DNA of 64,000 nucleotides, from IMG/VR virus record IMGVR_UViG_3300005437_000001; one strand, written 5' to 3'. Position 1 is the first letter of the stretch. Every line of letters begins with the position of its first letter. Below, piece by piece: positions 39,170 to 47,760 of this stretch. The DNA is from an uncultured virus (IMG/VR IMGVR_UViG_3300005437_000001) (taxonomy: Duplodnaviria > Heunggongvirae > Uroviricota > Caudoviricetes). The notes under the pieces were generated by a model. It ran no database searches. It worked only from the letters and a program-made list of their open reading frames with translations, and was not told where the DNA came from. Made by a program: the position numbers and the translations under genes.

Positions 39170-39208
39170 CGCTGGACGGCCGGTCAAGGGGCATGGTGGA
39201 CTGCGCCC

Positions 39209-39406
39209 ATGGCAGACGAGAGGCACCACTACCACCGCGCCGAGCGGTACCTAGCCGAGAGCGAGCTGGTGCGCGGGACGTCCCGGGAGACCGCTCTGCT
39301 TATCCGGGCACTGTCCCACGCCACTCTGGCCCAGGTGGCCCTCCAGGCCAAGCAGGTAGATAGCAAGACGCACCGCTGCCTGCTGTCGCCGCCGGACGAG
39401 ATCTGA
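39209..39406 (+). CDS. Hypothetical protein
   Basis: HY..AE..L...A..HATLA motif. Confidence 0.55.
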   Translation: MADERHHYHRAERYLAESELVRGTSRETALLIRALSHATLAQVALQAKQVDSKTHRCLLSPPDEI

Positions 39407-39419
39407 CGGCCTCCGGCCC

Positions 39420-39449
39420 TTGACACCCTGACAAATCGGACGATAGACT
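39420..39449 (+). promoter_or_regulatory. Promoter and operator of the helicase gene
   Basis: TTGACA-18-TAGACT; operator TTGAC-ACCCT-GACAA; ATG 7 nt downstream. Confidence 0.75.
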
Positions 39450-39455
39450 ACTCCT

Positions 39456-41402
39456 ATGACTTCCATTCAGAGCTGGCACGAGGCCGAAGCGGCCCTGACC
39501 GAGCAGTGGCCCGGGTTCTCCGTGCGTCCGCAGCAACGTCGGATGGCTGAGGCCGTGCAGCTGACCGTCCGGGGCGAGGCCAAGCACCGAGTCCTGCTGG
39601 CGCAGGCAGGCTGCGGCGTCGGCAAGAGCCTGGGCTACCTGATCCCCATCATCGCGCAGGCCCTGCGCGTCCGCAAGCGCGTGGTCGTCAGCGTCAGCAC
39701 CAAGGCGCTGCAGGACCAGATCGCGGGCAAGGACCTGCCGACCCTGCGCGATACGCTGTTCCCCGAGCTGACCTTCGCCGTTCTGAAGGGGCGCAGCAAC
39801 TACGTCTGCCTGCGCGAGGCCGACAAGAACGGCGGCGCCTACGTCAAGGAGGGCACCGACGGCGAGCGGCAGGACCTGGTGCAGCCGGTCGACGACCGCG
39901 AGTGGCGCGAGCTGACCACCGACGCCGAGGGCTGCATCGGGCGCAAGCGCTGCCCGTTCGGCCGGGAGTGCTACTCGGAGCGGGCCAAGTCCCGCGCTCT
40001 GCGCGCCACGGTCCTGGTCGTGAACACCAGCCTATTGACCCAGGACCTGCGTCTGCGCGCGATGACCAACGGCGCGGCCGGAATCCTGGGCGAGTACGAC
40101 TACCTGGTGGTGGACGAGGCCCACGAGATGCCCTCCATCGTCGCCGACGGACTGACGGTGTCGGTCACCCTGGGACGAATCCTGAACACCTGCTCCCGGA
40201 TCGAGGGCCACTACCCGGACGCAGCCCAGAAGGCGGTCGACGAGCTGCGCGACCGGGCCGCCACCTGGTTCGGCCGCCTGCAGCGATTCTTCGAGGACAA
40301 CCCCAAGTCCCGCACGGCCGAGCTGGACGTCGACGACCAGGCCGAGGCCGCCCGCCTGACCGACCTGCTGCGCACGATCGACACGGCGGCCCAGGACGCC
40401 GACTGCCGGTGCGAGGACCCCGAGCCGGACGAGGACGGCGAGATCGACCGCGTCTGCGAGTTCGCGCGCCGGGTGGACGGGCTGACGGCGGACATGTCCG
40501 GCTTCAGTCGGAACACGGACCATGGGGGGGTGACGTGGATGGAGGCAGGGCGCGGCGGCCGGGTCGAGATGAAGATCGCCCCGGTCGAGGTCGGCGGCTT
40601 CCTGCACGCGGCCGTGTGGGAGCTGGGCAAGCCGACCGTCCTGACCAGCGCCACCCTGGGCATAAACGGCGACGTGACCTACGTGGCCCGCCGGGCCGGA
40701 CTGTCCAAGTACGACAGCCTGGATGTCGGCACGCCCTTCGACTACTCGAAGCAGGCCCGGCTGATGCTGCCCCCGTCGGACGCCCCGATGCCCAGGGACC
40801 CGCACTGGCGCGGATGGGCCCAGGACCAGATGTACGACCTGGTCCTGGTGTCGGGCGGCGGCGCGCTGCTGCTGTTCACCAGCACCTCGGCCATGCGCGA
40901 GGCGCACGACGCGCTGCGCCCCCGGCTGGGCAGGCACGGGCTCCCGGTATTCCTGCAGGGCGCCGGTACGCCCAACCGTGAGCTGGCCCGCCAGTTCGCC
41001 GATCACGCCGACTCGGTCCTGTTCGCCACCCGCAGCTTCTTCACGGGCGTCGACTTCGCCGGGGACACCTGCCGCCTGGTCGTGATCGACAAGATGCCGT
41101 TCCCCGTCCCGGACGACCCGGTGTTCAAGGCCCGGTGCGCCCTTACGGTCAAGCGGTTCGGCAAGGGGTCGGACTTCCGCCGGGTCAGCATCCCCGAGAT
41201 GTCGCTGGTCCTGATCCAGGCGTTCGGCCGCCTAATCCGGTCGGTCGACGACGCCGGAGCGGTCGCCATCCTGGACCCGCGCATGCGGGCCGGGTGGGCG
41301 TCGGCGGTACGCCGCGCCCTGCCCCCCGCCCCGCTGGTGTCGTCGGTGGACGAGGTCGCCGCCTTCTTCGCCGGGCTGCGCTCGGCGCGGGGTGCGGACT
41401 GA
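39456..41402 (+). CDS. dinG: DinG/YoaA-family Fe-S SF2 helicase
   Basis: RPQQ Q-motif, AGCGVGKS, KGRSNYVC, Fe-S cysteines, DEAH, TSATL, LFTS and QAFGRLIR. Confidence 0.92.
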   Translation: MTSIQSWHEAEAALTEQWPGFSVRPQQRRMAEAVQLTVRGEAKHRVLLAQAGCGVGKSLGYLIPIIAQALRVRKRVVVSVSTKALQDQIAGKDLPTLRDTLFPELTFAVLKGRSNYVCLREADKNGGAYVKEGTDGERQDLVQPVDDREWRELTTDAEGCIGRKRCPFGRECYSERAKSRALRATVLVVNTSLLTQDLRLRAMTNGAAGILGEYDYLVVDEAHEMPSIVADGLTVSVTLGRILNTCSRIEGHYPDAAQKAVDELRDRAATWFGRLQRFFEDNPKSRTAELDVDDQAEAARLTDLLRTIDTAAQDADCRCEDPEPDEDGEIDRVCEFARRVDGLTADMSGFSRNTDHGGVTWMEAGRGGRVEMKIAPVEVGGFLHAAVWELGKPTVLTSATLGINGDVTYVARRAGLSKYDSLDVGTPFDYSKQARLMLPPSDAPMPRDPHWRGWAQDQMYDLVLVSGGGALLLFTSTSAMREAHDALRPRLGRHGLPVFLQGAGTPNRELARQFADHADSVLFATRSFFTGVDFAGDTCRLVVIDKMPFPVPDDPVFKARCALTVKRFGKGSDFRRVSIPEMSLVLIQAFGRLIRSVDDAGAVAILDPRMRAGWASAVRRALPPAPLVSSVDEVAAFFAGLRSARGAD

Positions 41403-41600
41403 TGCGCCGGTCTGACGCCAGATTCATACGGACGCTGGCGGGCATGCGGCTCACGGGCCAGTTCGCCGAGTACCGGTTCCGCCGTCGGCGCCGCAACCTG
41501 GAGTGCGACCTGTTCAACATGGGCCAGGTCACGCTGTGGCACAGCGTCAAGGAGGAGAACGACCGTCTCGGAGTCTGGCCCCGAAGGAGGAGGAGCAGGC

Positions 41601-41951
41601 GTGGCTGAGATCGTCGCCACCGACGTGCCCGGCGTGCTGGAGATCCGCACGCCCGAGCTGGCCCGCACCGAGGTCAATCTGTTGCGCCGGATCTACCGCG
41701 AGGCGTCTCTGCGCTTTCGCAGCGAGCGCAACACGGATCGGTACATCCATCAGGTCAGGATGTCCGTACACGTCAACGAGCACGGGGCGTGGCGGATCTC
41801 GGACGGGTCCATCACTGCTGCCAGCAGCCTGACGTTCGTCCGGCTGATGCACCGGGACCTGATCGGTATCCAGATGCGGCCGGGCCGCGTCACGGTCCAG
41901 CTGACCGAGCAGGGCGTCCGTCACGCCTCGCTTAGGTGGCCCGATGTCTGA
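41601..41951 (+). CDS. Hypothetical protein
   Basis: AGGAGGAGG RBS. Confidence 0.55.
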   Translation: MAEIVATDVPGVLEIRTPELARTEVNLLRRIYREASLRFRSERNTDRYIHQVRMSVHVNEHGAWRISDGSITAASSLTFVRLMHRDLIGIQMRPGRVTVQLTEQGVRHASLRWPDV

Positions 41952-42198
41952 GGTCAGGGATCTGACCCGCACGGAGGCCGCCCTGTTGCGCTATCTGCAG
42001 AAGCGGACCCGCCACACGGGGGAGCGGATCCTGGTCTACCAGACCAACCGCCAGTTCTGGCGCCCCGGCGGCCGGACGGGTCCGGGCTGGAACCCGGCCA
42101 CGTTCCACGCCCTGGTCCGGGCACGGCTGGCCGCGTACCACCGGGGCGACTACGGCGGTACATTCATCTCACTCACACCGGAAGGGATCAGGACATGA
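41944..42198 (+). CDS. Hypothetical (winged-helix-like) protein
   Basis: LT..E..LL ... T..ALV.A.L ... LT.EG. Confidence 0.55.
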   Translation: MSEVRDLTRTEAALLRYLQKRTRHTGERILVYQTNRQFWRPGGRTGPGWNPATFHALVRARLAAYHRGDYGGTFISLTPEGIRT

Positions 42199-42689
42199 GC
42201 ACCCCCACCAACGAGGGCCGGGGCACGGTGATCACCCACGGCCCCTGGACCACCACCCCCTCCAGCCGGGTCGTCATCGAGCTGGAGGGGGTGGCCCACC
42301 TGGACGTCAAGGAGGGCGAGCACTGGGTCACCGTGGTCGACGGCTACGTCCTGCCGGACAACTCGACCCGGTTCGTCCTCCGCTACGAGGGCAACGTCAC
42401 CGCCGTCGACGGCGGCAGCACGGACGGGGGCGACGAGCCTGCCGCCGAGTTTTTCAAGCCGGGTCGGGACTACGTCGAAAACAAGCCCTTTCGGGCGCCC
42501 GAGCTGATACGGACCTTCCGCTGCACCCACGTCGCGGCCGTGCCGGACGGCAGCGAGCTGATGGCCATGGGATTCGGCAGGCAGGGCCCGCACGGACCGT
42601 GGCGCCCGGTATGCTTCGAATCCGGCGCGGCCACGGTCTACACCGACGACGCGGACTGGGTGGAGAAGGTCGATGACCCGGGCGAGTAG
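42195..42689 (+). CDS. Hypothetical protein
   Basis: ATGA-coupled ORF with typical codon usage. Confidence 0.6.
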   Translation: MSTPTNEGRGTVITHGPWTTTPSSRVVIELEGVAHLDVKEGEHWVTVVDGYVLPDNSTRFVLRYEGNVTAVDGGSTDGGDEPAAEFFKPGRDYVENKPFRAPELIRTFRCTHVAAVPDGSELMAMGFGRQGPHGPWRPVCFESGAATVYTDDADWVEKVDDPGE

Positions 42690-42693
42690 GGGA

Positions 42694-43014
42694 ATGTACT
42701 TGCCCGACACCCAGCGCAAGGCGCTGCACGACATCCGCCGGACGGTGGACGCCGTGGCCCGGGACGATCAGCGCTACAGCGACATCCCGGTGGTGGCCGA
42801 CACCCGGGACCACCGGCGCTGCACCTTCGGCGCGGCCGGGAAGTCCTACAGCTGCACCATGCTGATGTTCAAGCGGCTGGCCCAGAACGGCATGATCACC
42901 CTGCACGTCGGCAGGCGACCGGCCACGCACGAGATCCGGCTGACCCCCCAGGGCGTCCGGCGGACCACGGTCAGTGTTCAGTCGGAAGCGGACGCGGGAG
43001 GGGTGGCGCAGTGA
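42694..43014 (+). CDS. Hypothetical (winged-helix-like) protein
   Basis: L...Q..AL ... RL..NG.I ... RLTPQG. Confidence 0.5.
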   Translation: MYLPDTQRKALHDIRRTVDAVARDDQRYSDIPVVADTRDHRRCTFGAAGKSYSCTMLMFKRLAQNGMITLHVGRRPATHEIRLTPQGVRRTTVSVQSEADAGGVAQ

Positions 43015-43160
43015 GGCGGCTGCTGTGCGCGCTGATCGGCCACCCGGACCGGAAGATGGCCAGCTGGTCGGGCGGGTCCGGAGGCACGTGGATCAAGTCC
43101 TATGCGTGCCCGCGCTGCGGCGCCTGGGTGCTCCGGATCGTCCAGCGGCGGTCGCTGTGA
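43011..43160 (+). CDS. Small Cys/His protein (not in the ORF track)
   Basis: RLLCALIGH...CPRCG; GTGA-coupled at both ends. Confidence 0.55.
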   Translation: MRRLLCALIGHPDRKMASWSGGSGGTWIKSYACPRCGAWVLRIVQRRSL

Positions 43161-43404
43161 GGTGGTCGCAGGAGGCGGCCGGGCGGATCGCCCGAGGTGA
43201 GAGCACCTATCGCCAGGAGGCCGAGGAGATGATGCGTCGCACAGTCGAGGCGCTGCCCCGGATGACCCCGGAGCAGGCCGCGCAGGCGGCTCACCTGGGC
43301 AACCTGCTGATGCAGGAGGTCGAGGCTATCGAGACGCTGTCCAAACTGGGCGAGATGTTCAAGACAGTCGAGGGCGACACGCTCGCCCGGATAGAGGAGG
43401 GGAC

Positions 43405-43779
43405 ATGGACCAGCACGAGCGGCAGCGGCCCGTCACCGAGCTGATCGCCCAGGTGCAGGACGATCTGGGCCGGGCGCTGCCGAACGGCAGCGGCGAGCTG
43501 GTGCACGACCTGGCCGCGCGGATCACGCGCGGCGGGACGGCGTTCGCCGAGCTGGTGGCCGACCGGATCCGGCTGAGCCGGGCGGCGTCCGCGCACAACG
43601 ACCGGGCGCACGACCTGGAGAAGCAGCTGGCCGACCTGCAGGACAAGGCCGATATGTACGAGAGCGACCGCGACGCGGCCGTCCACGCGCTGAGCGAGAT
43701 CATCCAGGCGCTGGCCGACAACGACAACCGGGCCGTGGCTCGCGCGATCGCCGACTGGAACCGCAGCCAAGAGATCTGA
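43405..43779 (+). CDS. Hypothetical coiled-coil protein
   Basis: GAGGAGG RBS. Confidence 0.6.
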   Translation: MDQHERQRPVTELIAQVQDDLGRALPNGSGELVHDLAARITRGGTAFAELVADRIRLSRAASAHNDRAHDLEKQLADLQDKADMYESDRDAAVHALSEIIQALADNDNRAVARAIADWNRSQEI

Positions 43780-43814
43780 CCCGTACCGTCAAATCAATCA
43801 GCAGGAGGGGAACC

Positions 43815-44288
43815 ATGCAGTACCAGGACGAGAACGGCGACACTGTGACCACATTCTCAGCGGCCGACCGTCAGGCCCAGCTCAGGCGGCGACGCGCCGC
43901 CGCCGAGAGCCGCTCCCGCCGGATCTTCTGGATCGGGACGGCCACGCTGGCGGCGATTGTCGCCGCAGCGGTTGTGATCGGGTTCAACGTGTGGAACGGT
44001 ACCAAGCGCGATGTGACCATCACGGTGACCGACAAGAACCGGGTGTGCGACAGCACCGGCAAGAGCGTCAGCTGCTACTACCTGATCTACACCACCTCGG
44101 GCACGTTCAAGGACACGGATAGCCTGCTCAACGGCAAGTTCGCCAGCTCCGACCTGTACGGCCAGCTGCGGCGCGGCGGGCAGTACGAGGTCGAGGCCCA
44201 GGGGTGGCGCATCCCCTGGATGTCCGAGTACCCCAACATCGTCCGCATCGTTAAGGTTGTGAAGGAGGGCAGCGATGGCGGCAACTGA
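43815..44288 (+). CDS. Membrane-anchored protein
   Basis: One transmembrane segment, then YLIYT..GTF...DS...GWRIP..S.YPNI. Confidence 0.75.
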   Translation: MQYQDENGDTVTTFSAADRQAQLRRRRAAAESRSRRIFWIGTATLAAIVAAAVVIGFNVWNGTKRDVTITVTDKNRVCDSTGKSVSCYYLIYTTSGTFKDTDSLLNGKFASSDLYGQLRRGGQYEVEAQGWRIPWMSEYPNIVRIVKVVKEGSDGGN

Positions 44289-44592
44289 CGAGCAGGTGAC
44301 CGCCGCCTACATCCGGCAGGAGATCCGCAAGAGGGCCCGCAGGCACAGCCGCGTCGGCAACGTTCTGCTGATCAACACGGTCGCGTGCTGCCTATTCGCG
44401 GCCGGGGGCGGCCGGTATTTCGCCGAGTGGGTGACCGGCGCGGTGTTCTCGTTCATGTTCGCCGTCATCCAGTTCACAGCGTCCAACTACATGCGCGATC
44501 CCGAGAACCTGCCCGAGCTGACCCAGTTCTTCATCGACCGGGCGATCATCAGGTCCGCCCGCAAGCGGCAGAAGGAGTCCGCCGATGGCTGA
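44275..44592 (+). CDS. Two-TM membrane protein
   Basis: Two hydrophobic segments. Confidence 0.6.
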   Translation: MAATDEQVTAAYIRQEIRKRARRHSRVGNVLLINTVACCLFAAGGGRYFAEWVTGAVFSFMFAVIQFTASNYMRDPENLPELTQFFIDRAIIRSARKRQKESADG

Positions 44593-45799
44593 GCACGAGC
44601 TGCTGGCCAGTGCCGCCGCCGCCACCGACCAGGCCGAGCAGGCCGTTCAGCGGGCCGGGGTCCCGGCCGCCAGCCGCGACAGACTGGTGGCCCTGGCCAC
44701 GGCCGACACCTACGCCAACCTGGCCGCCGCCTACGCCCTGCGCGCCATGGCTGAGGCCGACATGGACGGTGTGGTCGCCGGGAACGCATTCCGGTGCGAG
44801 GCGTGCAGATGCTGCGTCGGCACGTACAAGAACTACCGGGACCAGCAGCTGTGCACCGAGTGCGCCGACGGCGAGGTCTGTCCCCGCCAGCAGGCGGCCA
44901 GGATCAGAACCGAGCGAGTGGCCGCCAAGGCTCGGCGCGAGGCCGACGACGCTGCGGCCGAACTCAACCGAGGCCACACCTCCCCCAACCTGGACGACCG
45001 CCAGCGCGTCGACCTGCTGTCCCTGCGGCTGCTGTTGTCCGCGTGCAACCGGATGCGCGACGACTGGGCCGAGTCCGGCGAGGAGCGCCGGGCCGAGCTG
45101 TGGACGGCGGTCCACACCGAGGCGGACAACGTGTTCGACCGGTACCACGAGCGCATGTCCTTCCTGAACCGCATCGACTGGGCCGACAAGATGGCCCCCC
45201 TCGACCCGCGCCGTACGACGACGGCCGACCTGCTGACGGTGCACAGCGTCTCCTACGGCGATCTGCCCCGGGGCTCCCGATTCATCGTCGAGGGGGACGG
45301 CCACGTGCGGGTCCGGGTGGTGACCAGCAACCGTACGCGGGAGTCCATCCGCAGGCTGGCGGTCCCGCCCGGCAGCACGCTGGACCAGATGCTCACTCCC
45401 GCGCCGCTGCCCCCGCAGCATCCGGTCGAGGACGCCAGACAGTTCGTGGGCCACTACGGCGGCAGTGCCGACCTGGTCAACAGGGCGGCCGACTACGTGA
45501 CCGAGTACCACACCGAGCCCGCCCCGGTCAATACGGGCGACAGCGTCACCGACACGGTGATCCGGCTGCTGGACACCCGGCGCGAGCACGGTACCTTCAA
45601 GTACGGGTCCGAGCTGCGCACGTACAACGGCCGGGACCCGATGAAGGACCTGCAAGAGGAGCTGGCCGACGCCCTGTGCTACGTCACCCAGCAGCTGATG
45701 CGGGACGACGAGGCCAAGCTGGTCGGACACGATCAAAACGGCTTCACCATCCGAGAGGGCGGCGGCCGGTACATCCACCTGCCGCACCCCGACAACTAG
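44585..45799 (+). CDS. Multidomain protein with C-terminal MazG-like (all-alpha NTP-PPase) domain
   Basis: RREHG..KYG..L...NGRD...DLQEELADALCY; N-terminal CxxC motifs. Confidence 0.6.
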   Translation: MAEHELLASAAAATDQAEQAVQRAGVPAASRDRLVALATADTYANLAAAYALRAMAEADMDGVVAGNAFRCEACRCCVGTYKNYRDQQLCTECADGEVCPRQQAARIRTERVAAKARREADDAAAELNRGHTSPNLDDRQRVDLLSLRLLLSACNRMRDDWAESGEERRAELWTAVHTEADNVFDRYHERMSFLNRIDWADKMAPLDPRRTTTADLLTVHSVSYGDLPRGSRFIVEGDGHVRVRVVTSNRTRESIRRLAVPPGSTLDQMLTPAPLPPQHPVEDARQFVGHYGGSADLVNRAADYVTEYHTEPAPVNTGDSVTDTVIRLLDTRREHGTFKYGSELRTYNGRDPMKDLQEELADALCYVTQQLMRDDEAKLVGHDQNGFTIREGGGRYIHLPHPDN

Positions 45800-45814
45800 A
45801 AGGGCTGACCCGAC

Positions 45815-46705
45815 ATGCCGTGGATCGGAGCCAAAGAATACCAGGACCTGGTCGAGCGCGTCCGCCACCTGTGCGTCGCGGCGGGCGACCTGGACCCGGA
45901 CGGGACCGAGGAGGCCGTGCCCGACCAGTACCTGGACCGGATCGACCGATTGGTTCGCGCCAACGACGGCGTCCGCGAGTGGCTGGTCACGTACGACGGG
46001 GACACGGTCGTCCAGCCGACCCCCGCCGAGGCGGCGCCCCGCCTGACCGAGTCCATGCGCCAGCTCGGCGAGGGTTTGGCCCGCATCGGCCACGCGTACC
46101 AGCAGGGCCAGCAGGCCTATCGCGACGAGAGTGTCCGGCTGGCTGTACAGGGGTCGACCGGCGACGAGACCCGGGAGACCGTCTCCGAAGCCACGCGAGC
46201 GCGGGACCTGGCCTACACCGAGAGGGCGCGTCTCGTGGCCGTCCTGGCGGCCGTCTGGGACTCGTGGTGGGCGCCGGACCCCAAGACCCCGGACTATCGG
46301 GTCGTCTACGTGAAGTCTCCCGCCGGGCAGCTGTCCTGGCACATCCACCAGGACGACTGGCACCTGTTCGAGCACGTCGCCCCGGCCCGGCACGCCCGTC
46401 CCACGTGGGACGGACACAGCACCGAGGAGAAGAATGCCCGGCTGGCCGCGCTGACTCAGATGGGCGATCTGCCGACCCGTGCAGTCCGGTACCCGTCCAC
46501 CGTGGCTTCTGTCAAACTGTTCGGTCAGTTCTCGTGCGACGAGGGCGGCTGGTTCGTCCTGAGCCGGGACGAGGACGGGTACAAACTGCTGCGGGCCGAC
46601 GAGGTGTCGGGCGCGGCCAATCCGTCCACCACGTTCTGGCTGGACCGGGGCCAGACTGCCACCCATGTCCGGCTGACCCGATACCGCGACCAGCCCGGCC
46701 GCTGA
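45815..46705 (+). CDS. WDGH-motif phage protein
   Basis: P.GQLSWH...D..LF....WDGHSTEEK..RL. Confidence 0.7.
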   Translation: MPWIGAKEYQDLVERVRHLCVAAGDLDPDGTEEAVPDQYLDRIDRLVRANDGVREWLVTYDGDTVVQPTPAEAAPRLTESMRQLGEGLARIGHAYQQGQQAYRDESVRLAVQGSTGDETRETVSEATRARDLAYTERARLVAVLAAVWDSWWAPDPKTPDYRVVYVKSPAGQLSWHIHQDDWHLFEHVAPARHARPTWDGHSTEEKNARLAALTQMGDLPTRAVRYPSTVASVKLFGQFSCDEGGWFVLSRDEDGYKLLRADEVSGAANPSTTFWLDRGQTATHVRLTRYRDQPGR

Positions 46706-46915
46706 TGGTGAGCCACAGGATCGAGATCCGGTCGGCCGGAGTGTCGTGCCCATGCGGCACCCCGGCCGACCGGATCGTACTGGACTGTGTGGTGACGCGG
46801 GAGGCGCCGGACTCGGTAGTCTTCGAGATGTTGTACACGGCCGCCCTGGAGCCGTGCGGGCACCGGTTCGTCGCCAGGGACTACAGCCGGGTGGTTCGCG
46901 GATGGATCTGGCGTC

Positions 46916-46945
46916 TTGACCGCCGGGCAAGCCGGATGGTGGGGT
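46916..46945 (+). promoter_or_regulatory. Promoter and operator upstream of the polA operon
   Basis: TTGACC-18-TGGGGT; operator TTGAC-CGCCG-GGCAA; ATG 7 nt later. Confidence 0.5.
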
Positions 46946-46951
46946 GACCCC

Positions 46952-47389
46952 ATGACCACACCCGATCCGGATGGCACCCGCCCCAAGCCCCAGACCCAGG
47001 CCGAGCACGCCGACGCCCGCCAGGCCCAGACCGCCCTGTGGGCGCTGTTCGTCGGCGGCCCGCTCGACGGCCAGGTCCGCGAGATGGACGCGTCCGGCAG
47101 ATGGATCCGGTACGAGGCCGTATGGCCCTGGCAGGTCGACAGTCTGGATTTTCTCAAGAACCTGTCGATGACCCCGGACGAGATGCTGCTGGCGTACCGC
47201 AATCCGAACGTGCGCTACGAGTTCTCCCGCTGGCAGATCGGCCCTCTCTACGCAAACTTGATGCTCCCTGACACCTGGCTGTACGGGTACCAGCCGGAGA
47301 ATCCGGTGACACCCGACAAGATCAAGGCGGCCGTCATCCGGGCGGTCGTGGCCACCGCCGACGTCACCGACATCACGAGGATCTCATGA
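46952..47389 (+). CDS. Hypothetical protein
   Basis: LFVGGPLDG motif common in small phage proteins. Confidence 0.65.
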   Translation: MTTPDPDGTRPKPQTQAEHADARQAQTALWALFVGGPLDGQVREMDASGRWIRYEAVWPWQVDSLDFLKNLSMTPDEMLLAYRNPNVRYEFSRWQIGPLYANLMLPDTWLYGYQPENPVTPDKIKAAVIRAVVATADVTDITRIS

Positions 47390-47760
47390 CTGAGGTCAAA
47401 CCGGGTACGCCGCTGACCGACCGTGAGGCCCAGGTCCTGTACGCCGTGGCGGAACTGGGCAACAGCGCCGAGGCCGTCGGCCTGCGGCTGTACATGATGC
47501 CCAGCACGGTCAAGACCCACCTGCGGCGCGCCGCCATCCGGCTGGGTACCCAGAAGACCCGGCCGGGGCACGACGCACGCGGCACGACCACGGCCTGGAC
47601 CCTGGCCGAGGCCATCCGCCGGGGCTACATCGTGCTGGAGCCGCTGGGCCAGGGCCGGGTCGTGCGGGGCAGCACGGGTCTGGGCAGCATGAGCGTCCAG
47701 GCCCGCTGGGACAAGCGACAGCGTATCAACCAGTTGGCTATCGAGGGGCAGAGACGATGA
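47386..47760 (+). CDS. LuxR-type HTH regulator
   Basis: LTDREAQVL..VAE.G.S...VG.RLY...STVKTHL. Confidence 0.8.
   Translation: MTEVKPGTPLTDREAQVLYAVAELGNSAEAVGLRLYMMPSTVKTHLRRAAIRLGTQKTRPGHDARGTTTAWTLAEAIRRGYIVLEPLGQGRVVRGSTGLGSMSVQARWDKRQRINQLAIEGQRR

Noticed and set aside
38868..39363. ORFs 38868-39254 and 38968-39363 as genes
   Set aside because: Atypical codon usage, no RBS, and they overlap the inverted-repeat region; more likely non-coding.
33535..41402. Cas4 plus DinG as a type IV CRISPR-Cas system
   Set aside because: No repeat-spacer array or Cas5/6/7 genes; Cas4-like nuclease, AAA ATPase and SSB form a standard phage recombination module.
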